From the human T2T-CHM13v2.0 reference genome, Homo sapiens, in the NCBI RefSeq assembly GCF_009914755.1, contig NC_060935.1: a stretch of DNA of 64,000 nt. One strand, given 5' to 3'. Below the pieces are notes generated by a model, which ran no database searches, had not been told where the DNA came from, and saw only the letters and a list, made by a program, of their open reading frames with translations. Both the position numbers and the translations under genes were made by a program. How positions within the stretch are numbered: the first letter of the stretch is position 1; each line of letters starts with the position of its first letter. Below, piece after piece: positions 47,832 through 59,261 of this stretch.

Positions 47832-48194
47832 TGATATGGTTTGGCTCTGTGTCCCCACCCAAATCTTTTCTTGTAGCTCCCATAATTCCCACGTGTTGTG
47901 AGAGGGACTCGATGGAACATGATTGAATTATGGGGGCGGGTCCTTCTCATGCTGTTCTCATGATAGTGAACGGTTCTCACAAGATCTGACAGTTTTAAAA
48001 ACGGGAGTTGCCCTGCACAAGATCTTTTTGCCCACTGCCATCCACTTAAGATGTGACTTGCTCCTCCTTGCCTTCCACCATGATTGTGAGGCTTCCCTAG
48101 CCACGTGCAACTGTAAGTCCAATAAACCTCTTTGTTTTGTAAATTACCCAGTCTCCGGTATGTCTTTATCAGCCTTGTGAAACAGACTAATACA
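47832..48194 (+). mobile_element. THE1A-like solo LTR
   Basis: tgatatggtttggctctgtgtccccaccc...gtaagtccaataaacctc...gactaataca; TSD gagac/gagag. Confidence 0.9.
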
Positions 48195-48369
48195 GAGAGG
48201 ACCTAGCAAGTTAAAATTAAGGCAGATGGCAGAACTGGGGTTTGACCTACATTCTTTCTTATTCTAAAGCCACCACTCCTCTCCACTGACTAACTTCCCA
48301 AGCAGTACCCAGAGCTCATTACCCAAACATGGTACCTGCCTCCCAGGAGTAAGCAGAGATAACCAGACA

Positions 48370-48620
48370 CAGTGGTGGAGTAGAATTTTAAAAAGACCTG
48401 TGGAAAGGGCACCAGGTGGGGTCAGAGTCGGAGCCCTGATCCTTCTTACCAGCTCCATGGCCCATGAGCTTGGAGACACTGGGAATGCCACCTTTCTGAG
48501 CCTCAGTTTCCTCACCTATAGAATGGGGATAATAACAACCAATTTGTCTAGTTCAAGGGATGGTAATGAGATTCAAAGGAGAAAATACATGTGGAAAAGC
48601 TTTGTAAATCCTAATTTGCT
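48370..48620 (+). mobile_element. MIR
   Basis: ctttctgagcctcagtttcctcacctatagaatggggataataa. Confidence 0.75.
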
Positions 48621-48753
48621 CGACAAGGGTCAAGTTTAATTAGCATTATTTGATAACAGAATACTACTTAAAACTGACCCATGTCTGTCCAACCCTCCAC
48701 AGCCATTTTTCCTGCTGTCTGCATGCCCAGCCTTCCTATCAAAATGCAGCTCA

Positions 48754-49170
<417 letters not shown>

Positions 49171-50699
49171 TCAGTTGTTTAGAGTCCTTAAGTTCCCTGA
49201 GAGAGCACAGAGGTGTGTGTGCACATCCTCACATCCTCTAGATTGTCACGTCTCAGGCCAGGGCTTTTTAAATTCCCTTTGTTTTGTCAGCTCAGAACTC
49301 AGCCTCTGCATTCAGCGTATCACATCAATATGGTTGATTCACTGCCTGAATAGAGACATAGAGGGTGAAAACCCACAGACAATCCCAAACCATGAAATAC
49401 GGGTATTGGAGTGCTGAGGCACGAAGTGAGACACCGGTGCAGACGCGCACACCCACACCCACACACACGCGTTCACACACACACCCCTACCATCATGCCT
49501 GCGCCTGGCTCACCTGAGCTTGCCTCTATTATGGTTATCCAGTGGGGAAAATTGTACCCAGCGCTTATTTTCCAGTTTATCAAGTGCTTTCCCATACATT
49601 AAAGAACATGATTCTCTCAATAGCCTCCTGCAGAGAGAGGCAGGGCCGGGAGGGCGGGTTGGATCATTGTTTCTTTCAGAGCAGGAGAGATTAGGTGGCT
49701 TGCTCAAGGTTCCTCGGCGGAACAGGGAGAGCCCGGGCCTTCAGACGCCGGAGCCATGGCTCTCTCCAAGACAGCCTCGGGGCTGCTGCTGCGGATGGGG
49801 AGTTCTGGTGCGTGTGCTGGGGAGGAGCCCGGCTGAGGGCAGAGGGGGCTGCCCAGGGGGCTCAGGACTGCCAAGTCATGAGCTGGGAAATAAAGCCCTT
49901 CTTGAGTCCAGCAGGAATTTGAATTCGGACCCAGGCTTCCCGCAGGCAACCCGTTGGGCTTCCCTGTACTGGGTCTTACTGAAGACCGGGGAGTTGAGCC
50001 TCCCAGCTCTGGAGTCCCCGCCCCACCCCACCCCGCGCTCTGTGCTTTGACTTGTGGGAGTTCAGGCCCTGGGGCCTCAGTAGGAAAAGAGGGTGCTGGA
50101 GTAAGAGGAGTGGGCTGTGAGGACCTCTGCCCAGACCTGGTGGGTTCCCCGCCTCCCCTTCTCCTATTAGTGCTCCCTGGAATGAGAAGGCACCAGAGGG
50201 GCCCTCAGAGACACTTGAGGCCTGATTGGGAATAAGTGTCTGATAATGACTCCCATCAAATGTCAAGCGGCCGTGCTGTGCTCCTGGGGCTGATTGCTCC
50301 TCCTCGAGGGGGGTGCGTTGTGGGGGATGTCTGGTCCTGGATGCTTCGCTACTGTGGAGATGCCACCCCAGGGCTTTGTCTCCGAGGTGAGCTCTTCCTG
50401 GGCTGGGGACAGCCTCCACTCGCTTTGCAGCTGTCCCTATGCGCAGCAAGGGGTCTTCACCTCTCCTGATACTGCCGAGGGGTGGGGCCTGCAGGTGGGT
50501 GGAAAGGGTGGGGCTGAAGCTAGAGCTGACGTCACTGCCCTGTGCCGGTCGGGGCCTTGCAGCTGGACAGAGGAGGTGGATGCTCAATCGGCTCTTCACA
50601 GAAAAGGGTCCTCCTGCTTCTTCAAGGATCTGGGTGGCCACAGGCCTCAGCTCCTCAAAGGCTATGGCTTGGGGATCTTTCTTTTACTACTATTATTAG

Positions 50700-51618
50700 C
50701 TAGTACTTGGAGAAACTCAGTGACTTAATGATATTTATGATTTCTCATGAGTCTAGGGGTGAGCTGGTTGGTTCTTCTGTTCTTGGTTGGGATCACTTGT
50801 GTATCTGAGTTTGGCTGTGGGTTGAGGAGAGGCTTGTGTTGACCTAGGATGGGTTCCTATGTTTGGGGGTCAGCTGGCCATCAGCAGGTTTAGAGAGGTT
50901 TAAAGTTTGGGTGTCGTCCCCTCCAAATCTCATGTTGCAGTGTGATCCCCATGTTGGAAGTGGAGCCTCATGGGAGGTGTTTGTGTCATGGGGGTGGATC
51001 CCTCATGAATGGCTTGGTGCCCTCCCCATGGTAACAAGTTTACATGAGATCTGACTGTTAAAAAGAGACTGGGGCTTCCCTCTCTCCTCTCTTGCTCCTG
51101 TTCTCTCCATGTGACATGTCTGCTCCCCATTCACTTTCTGCCATGAGTAAAAGCTTCCTGAGGCCTCACCAGAAGCTGAGCAGATGCCGGTGCCATGCTT
51201 GTACAGCCTGCAGAACCACGAGCCAATTAAACCTCTTTTTAAAATAAATTACTCTTCCTCAGGTATTCCTGTATAGCAATGCAAAATGGACTAATATAGG
51301 AGGCCTCTGCTGAGACAACTGGGCCTTTCTCCACTGGGTCTGTCATCCTCCAGGTGGCCAGCCCAGGGTAGTTCATGGGGTACTGCAGGGCTCTAAGAGA
51401 GAACGGAAGCCTGCAGAGTCTCTTGAGGTTGAGCCTTGGAATTGGCGCACAGTCCCTTCTGGTGAGTTCTATTGGTCAAAGTGAGTCACAAGGCAGCTCA
51501 GATTCAATAGGGGGAATAGGCTCCACTTCTTATTGGGAGGAGCTGCAAAGCTATGCTGCAAAGGGACATGGATGTATGGAGGGGAGAATTAGAGGACATT
51601 TTTACAATCCATCTACTA
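50700..51618 (-). mobile_element. MLT1H-like LTR split by MSTB
   Basis: ttctattggtcaaagtgagtcacaaggcagctcagattcaa...gggaggagctgcaaag. Confidence 0.65.
50899..51298 (+). mobile_element. MSTB solo LTR
   Basis: cccctccaaatctcatgttg...cctgaggcctcaccagaagc...gcaatgcaaaatggactaata; TSD agagg/ggagg. Confidence 0.88.
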
Positions 51619-52149
51619 TGTCCAGCCTCTGAAGCCTCTGTCTCTGCTCCTTCAAGGTCTGAGTGGGAGGACTTGGCTTGGATGGCCAGGGAAGGATTGG
51701 CAGGGTTTGGCCACATGACCTAGGATTCTTCCAGTTCTGATATTTTGGGATGAGCTCATGGTCTTCTGTCAGCAGGTCCATCACCTCATTTTCCAGCTGT
51801 GTGACCTGGGGCTACTCACCACTTCTTTTTCTGTCTCAGTTTCCTTGTCAGGGAAATGAAGTAGTTGGATTAAACCTGATGATTAGATTAGATGGTGAAT
51901 TGCTGAGGACCTACTCTGTGCTAAGGATAGGTGTTATGGCAGGGAATGGGCTGGAAGATCTCTAAGGGCCTTCCAGGGAGACACAAGAGGACTGCAGAGC
52001 CCATGATGGGGTGGACAGGATGGAGCAGCTGGTTCTAATGTAAGGTCACGTCCTTCTCCACCACTTTGTGCAAGTCAATTCCCCAGCCTGGGCTCATTTC
52101 CCCTTTGGCACAAATGGGCTGTGAAAGCATTTGGCAAGACAGTGAGACA

Positions 52150-52312
52150 GCCAGCTTGAGCAATAAGGCAAGACACCTCTACAAAAAATTTTAAAATTAG
52201 CCAGGTGTGGTGGCACATGCCTGTAGTCCCAGCTGCTTGGGAGGCTGAAGTGGGAGGATCTCTTGAGCCTGGGATGTTGAGGCTTCAGTGAGCCATGATT
52301 ATACCATTGCAT
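52150..52312 (+). mobile_element. AluJ internal fragment, truncated at both ends, no A-tail
   Basis: End of left arm, linker and right arm up to ccattgca. Confidence 0.85.
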
Positions 52313-52834
52313 TTGCTAACTGTAAAGTTGTAAAGTGTGGTGCACAAGTTCATTGCTAGAGTCACTAGATCCCTCCAATTTTAATTGTGGAGGGCTGTTC
52401 TCCAGTCTTGGGGGCTCATGGGTTTTATTCACTTCTGCTAATAACTGATGTTGGTTTCACACCATTAAATAAGTGCTCCCCAGGCTGAAGCAGCATTGAG
52501 GAATTTGCTGAGCTGGTCTTGAGGTGAAAAAGGTTGTGGAAACCAGCTCGTTGTTTATCCTCAGCTAGAGGAGGCTCAGGGGACTAGGTCTCACTCTCAG
52601 AGCGTTCGAGTGGATCCAGATTCAACTAACATCCCTGCCTGCCACATCCCAGGCATTTGCTTAGATGATATTGAATTGACTTAATCCTCACCATGACTTT
52701 TTGGGGAAGGTGTTTTTTTCCTACTGTACAAACAGGCATGCCGTAGCCTGTGGCTGGAGAAGTAAAGTGATATCCGCACATCCACACAGCTAGTGATCAT
52801 GTTCTTGGAATCTGTCTTGTGCCAAATGGATTTA

Positions 52835-53211
<377 letters not shown>

Positions 53212-54280
53212 AAGAATAGTTAACATAACAGGACTTCCTATGTCCCAGGCACTGTGCTAAACCCTTTGCAAACAGTATCCCAGTTAATCCTCAGAAGGAC
53301 CTGTGAGGTAGGCAGTATTTAGGCAACTTGCCCAGGTCACACAGAGTGAGAAGAGGAGCTGGGCTTTGACTCCAGGTGGTCCGGCTCCATCTGGGGCATA
53401 GCACTCGTAGCTAAGGTCACGGGGCAGGTGCTTTCTGTCTTGGGCCTGCCTAGGCCCCTCTGCTGATGCAACGCTGTGTGCTGCCTGAGGAAGGGGAAAT
53501 GCATGTTCTTGTCCTTGCCCAGGGAGGTGTTGCTGGGCTTTGTGTGAGTCTGCTCCAAGCAGAGCAGTGTACGGAGAAAATGTGCGTGTGGAGAGAGCAG
53601 CTGGACCAGGCTTTGTTTTTCAGGGAGTGACGCATCACTGAGCTACCCAAGGCCATTAGCTCCTGAGATGGGGGCTGCTCTCTGCTTGGTTATTTATCAT
53701 GCCCAAGGGCATGAAATTGATTCCAGAAAGTCTGTCCATTTCCTCTAGCTCTTCCCGTAGAAGGGGTAGAGCGAGGAGTATGTGGGCAGGGCTGGACAGG
53801 ATGAGGGACACCCCTGGGTTGGCAACATAACCCCCATGGGAATATCTCTCCAAGGGCCCTAGGAGCACCATCTCCATGTCCAAGGATGGAGACCTTTTCC
53901 CTGGCTGCAGGTGGAATGGGAGTGTGTGGTGGGTGGAAAGGCTGAGAGGGGACCAGCTGGCCAGAAGAAATAAATGCAAGGCTATCTGTCAGGGGTGATC
54001 AGGGAGTTGGGCAAGGGCCAGGGGGCACTCTTGTGGTATTTTAGGGGACATTCTGATGGGGTCTGCAGCACCTAAAGCCCATGGACATGAGGCTCATGGC
54101 TGATTCTGGAGAGAGTAAGGACGAGGTACAAGCCATTCTCTATGTGTATTGCTCAACCCAGAGTCAGGCACAGGAGGCTGTTTCATGTCAAATAATGATG
54201 ACAGCAGCAATGATCACATTAGCAACAAATACTTAGTGAGCCCTTAGTAAGCACTCTGGGTTCTAAGCTAGACCTGAGGA

Positions 54281-54466
54281 TTTTTTTTTTTTTTTTTTTC
54301 ATGTTTACCAATTTATTTTATTACAAAGGATACAGATGAAGAGATGCTCAGGGTGAGGTATGGGGGAAGGGGCACAGAACTCCCATGCCCTCCCTGGGCG
54401 AGCTGCCCTCCAGGAACTTGCATGTGTTCAGCTATCCAGAAGCTCTCTAAATCCAGTCATCCTGGC
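54281..54466 (-). mobile_element. SVA 3' transduction: MER21-like LTR fragment (54300-54466) plus outer poly(A) (T19 at 54281-54299)
   Basis: Lies inside the SVA TSD pair; overlapping minus-strand AATAAA at 54312-54322. Confidence 0.85.
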
Positions 54467-54506
<40 letters not shown>

Positions 54507-56923
54507 ATTTTTTATTTTTTATTTTTTTTTAATTTATTTTTTTATTGATAATTCTTGGGTGTTTCTCACAGAGGGGTATTTGGCAGGGTCATGGGACAAT
54601 AGTGGAGGGAAGGTCAGCAGATAAACAAGTGAACAAAGGTCTCTGGTTTTCCTAGGCAGAGGACCCTGCGGCCTTCCGCAGTGTTTGTGTCCCTGATTAC
54701 TTGAGATTAGGGATTGGTGATGACTCTTAACGAGCATGCTGCCTTCAAGCATCTGTTTAACAAAGCACATCTTGCACCGCCCTTAATCCATTTAACCCTG
54801 AGTGGACACAGCACATGTTTCAGAGAGCACAGGGTTGGGGGTAAGGTCACAGATCAACAGGATCCCAAGGCAGAGGAATTTTTCTTAGTGCAGAACAAAA
54901 TGAAAAGTCTCCCATGTCTACTTCTTTCCACACAGACACGGCAACCATCCGATTTCTCAATCTTTTCCCCACCTTTCCCGCCTTTCTATTCCACAAAGCC
55001 GCCATTGTCATCCTGGCCCGTTCTCAATGAGCTGTTGGGCACACCTCCCAGACGGGGTGGTGGCCGGGCAGAGGGGCTCCTCACTTCCCAGTAGGGGCGG
55101 CCGGGCAGAGGCGCCCCTCACCTCCCGGACGGGGCGGCTGGCCGGGCAGGGGGGCTGACCCCCCCCACCTCCCTCCCGGAGGGGGCGGCTGGCCGGGCGG
55201 GGGGCTGACCCCCCCACCTCCCTCCCGGACGGGGCGGCTGGCCGGGCAGAGGGGCTCCTCACTTCCCAGTAGGGGCGGCCGGGCAGAGGCGCCCCTCACC
55301 TCCCGGACGGGGCGGCTGGCCGGGCGGGGGGGCTGACCCCCCCCACCTCCCTCCCGGACGAGGCGGCTGGCTGGGCGGGGGGCTGACACCCCCACCTCCC
55401 TCCCGGACAGGGCGGCTGGCCGGGCAGAGGGGCTCCTCACTTCCCAGTAGGGGCGGCCGGGCAGAGGCGCCCCTCACCTCCCGGACGGGGCGGCTGGCCG
55501 GGCAGGGGGGCTGACCCCCCCCCACCTCCCTCCCGGACGGGGCGGCTGGCCGGGCGGGGGGCTGACACCCCCACCTCCCTCCCAGACGGGGCGGCTGGCC
55601 GGGCGGGGGGCTGACCCCCCCACCTCCCTCCCGGACGGGGCGGCTGGCCGGGCGGGGGGCCGACCCCCCCACCTCCCTCCCGGACGGGGCGGCTGGCCGG
55701 GCAGAGGGGCTCCTCACTTCCCAGTAGGGGCGGCCGGGCAGAGGCGCCCCTCACCTCCCAGACGGGGCGGCTGGCCGGGCGGAGGGCTGACCCCCCCACC
55801 TCCCTCCCGGACAGGGCGGCTGGCCGGGCGGGGGGCTGACCCCCCCACCTCCCTCCCGGACGGGGCGGCTGGCCAGGCGGGGGGCTGATCCCCCTACCTC
55901 CCGGACGGGGCGGCTGGCCGGGTGGGGGGGCTGGCCCCCCCATCTCCCTCCCGGACGGGGTGGCTGGCCGGGCTGAGGGGCTCCTCACTTCCCAGTAGGG
56001 GCGGCCGGGCAGAGGCGCCCCTCACCTCCCGGACGGGGCGGCTGGCCGGGCGGGGGGCTGACCCCACCCCACCTCCCTCCCGGACGGGGTGGCTGCCGGG
56101 CGGAGACGCTCCTCACTTCCCAGATGGGGTGGCTGCCGGGCGGAGGGGCTCCTCACTTCTCAGACGGGGCGGCCGGGCAGAGACGCTCCTCACCTCCCAG
56201 ACGGGGTCTCGGCCGGGCAGAGGCGCTCCTCACATCCCAGATGGGGCGGCGGGGCAGAGGCGCTCCCCACATCTCAGACGATGGGCAGCCGGGCAGAGAC
56301 GCTCCTCACTTCCTAGATGTGATGGCGGCTGGGAAGAGGCGCTCCTCACTTCCTAGATGGGATGGCGGCCGGGCGGAGACGCTCCTCACTTTCCAGACTG
56401 GGCAGCCAGGCAGAGGGGCTCCTCACATCCCAGACGATGGGCGGCCAGGCAGAGACACTCCTCACTTCCCAGACGGGGTGGTGGCCAGGCAGAGGCTGCA
56501 ATCTCAGCACTTTGGGAGGCCAAGGCAGGCGGCTGGGAGGTGTAGGTTGTAGTGAGCCGAGATCACGCCACTGCACTCCAGCCTGGGCACCATTGAGCAC
56601 TGAGTGAACGAGACTCCGTCTGCAATCCCGGCACCTCGGGAGGCCGAGGTTGGCGGATCACTCGCGGTTAGGGGCTGGAGACCGGCCCGGCCAACACAGC
56701 GAAACCCCGTCTCCACCAAAACCAGTCAGGCGTGGCGGCGCGTGCCTGCAATCGCAGGCATTCGGCAGACTGAGGCAGGAGAATCAGGCAGGGAGGTTGC
56801 AGTGAGCCGAGATGGCAGCAGTACAGTCCAGCTTCGGCTCCGCATGAGAGGGAGACCGTGGGGAGAGGGAGAGGGAGAGGGAGAGGGAGAGGGAGAGGGA
56901 GAGGGAGAGGGAGAGGGAGAGGG
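54467..56923 (-). mobile_element. Full-length SVA retrotransposon (SVA_F-like)
   Basis: (CCCTCT) x about 10.5 at 56861-56923; Alu-like region about 56490-56860; GC-rich VNTR about 55050-56480; SINE-R about 54545-55040; A-rich tail; TSD TAGACCTGAGGATTT at 54269-54283 and 56924-56938. Confidence 0.97.
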
Positions 56924-56979
56924 TAGACCTGAGGATTTAACAATGAAAGAGACATGGTCCCAGGTCTCAGAGAGCTCAG

Positions 56980-56981
<2 letters not shown>

Positions 56982-57018
<37 letters not shown>
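56982..57018. repeat. (GT)n microsatellite
   Basis: About 18 uninterrupted GT units. Confidence 0.95.
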
Positions 57019-57019
<1 letters not shown>

Positions 57020-57089
57020 AGTGTGGAGGGATGGTGGAGACTCACACAGAGGTTTATGCCTCTGTTCACACTGCCATGATCGAGGCATG

Positions 57090-57448
<359 letters not shown>

Positions 57449-57499
57449 TCAGAATGAGTCATTCTCATCAAGGGTGGGGCACACTTCTGCAGCAGTCAG

Positions 57500-57857
57500 T
57501 GCTATGGTCTGAATGTTTCCCCTCAAGATTCTTACGTTGAAATCTTGGCCCCCAAAGTGATGGTATTTGGAAATGATGGTATTTGAAGGGTGATTAGGTC
57601 ATGAGGGTGGAGCCCTTGTGATTGGCATTAGTGCCTTTTGAAAGAGTCCTCAGAGAGCTCTGCCCCTGCTAAAATGTGAGGACACAGCTAGAAGGTGCTG
57701 TCTGTGGACATGAAAGAGGGCTCTCACCAGAGACTGAATCTGCTGTGCCCCAGTCTTGGCCTTCCCAGCGTCCAGGACTGTGAGAAATAAATTTTTGTTG
57801 TTTATAAGCCACCCAGTCTATGGTATTTTGTTATAGAAGCCCAAAAGAAATGAGACA
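57500..57857 (+). mobile_element. MLT1A-like LTR
   Basis: tgctatggtctgaatgt...gtgagaaataaatttttgttgtttataagccacccagtctatggtattttgttatag...gagaca. Confidence 0.85.
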
Positions 57858-59211
57858 TCTAGGGTTCATAGCTTTAGGCAATAGAAGCCGATTCAGACCA
57901 GCTAAGCAGAAAAGGAATTTATTAGAAGAATATGGGGTGTCTCATGTAATCAATAGTGTTAGGGAGGGCTGGAGAACCAGACTTAAGACTACGCTTCCAG
58001 GCACGATGCCCACGACATACAGAACTAGATGGATGGGGAAACCACAGCTGCTGCTGCCTCACCAGCTTCAGCTGCCACTGTCACTCCCCACTGACTGCAC
58101 TTCCAGGCCAGGAACTTAATCTTGCTACCGTTTCTAACCCCCAAAGCTGGACACATTCTTACCACCCTTGTCAGCATGATGGGTTCTGGGTATGGTCTCC
58201 TTCCCCAAACTCCTCCCTTCTAGAGAGGAGTCTCTGGGGAGTGAAGCCAATGGGTGGAGTCAGAGACATCTGCTGTGCTCCAGCTGCAATGGAGGCTGGG
58301 TAACCCAGTTTCTGCTTTCTGCTTTCAGAAGGTGTGACTCATAAGACTGGAAACTCCTGAACGTAGCAAGGATGCTGGCAGCCAAGCCAATGACTACAAA
58401 CATGATAAAGTCCATTACAAGGATGGAAAGTCCACAGAACAGAAAATGTGTCTATTTTTTCACCAGTGACCCTCCAGCACTCAGCTATGCCTGGAACAAG
58501 GTAGACAGTCAGAATAACATGTCGAATGAATGAATGAATAAATGGCAGAGAGGGTGGTGATGATCAGGGGGCTTGGACAAGCAGTCCTTTTACTTACAGA
58601 TATCCCAGGAAAGATTTGAGGCCTCTGGACAGCTCTTTGAGCTTAATTTGGACCAGTCTTGCCACCCAGTCTGTGATCTGGGCCATTGGTCTGATTCTCT
58701 ACTCTTTGACGAATGGGCAAAGGCCTGGCTCTTGGAATTGGGCGAAAAGAAATTGACCCAGCTCAAGTGGGGAAGGTTGAAGCACACATGGCTGATGATT
58801 AAAACATATATTGATTTCAGCAATCTCTACACACTTTCTCCACTGTTACTACGGTGGATGTTGTTTAGCCCAGTGTCCAGTCTGAATTTCCTCCTTCCTG
58901 ACAGACCCTATTGTTGTTCTGGCACCCCTCCTCAGGGTGTGTGTCTCAGGGAAGGAGTTGGTCTTATCCCAGCTCCTGAACCACCTGCTTGGTCTAAAGT
59001 AATCCTCTCTCCTTACCAACGATTGGTCAAGAGTGGGCCAATAAGATGCAAGCAGGTATTTTTGGGGGTGGGATGGAGGAAGACATCTTTACACTTTTGA
59101 AAGAGTTTTTGAAGGTTGCTCTAATCTAGTTTTCTCGGAATGTTGTTGTGGGTGAGTCTAAGGCCCTTAACTGCCCCAGCCATCTCTGATCTAGTCATAG
59201 ATAGCGTACAT

Positions 59212-59261
59212 ACACACACACACACACATGCACACACACACATGCACACACACACACACAC
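59212..59261. repeat. Imperfect (CA)n microsatellite
   Basis: CA runs with two CATG interruptions. Confidence 0.9.
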
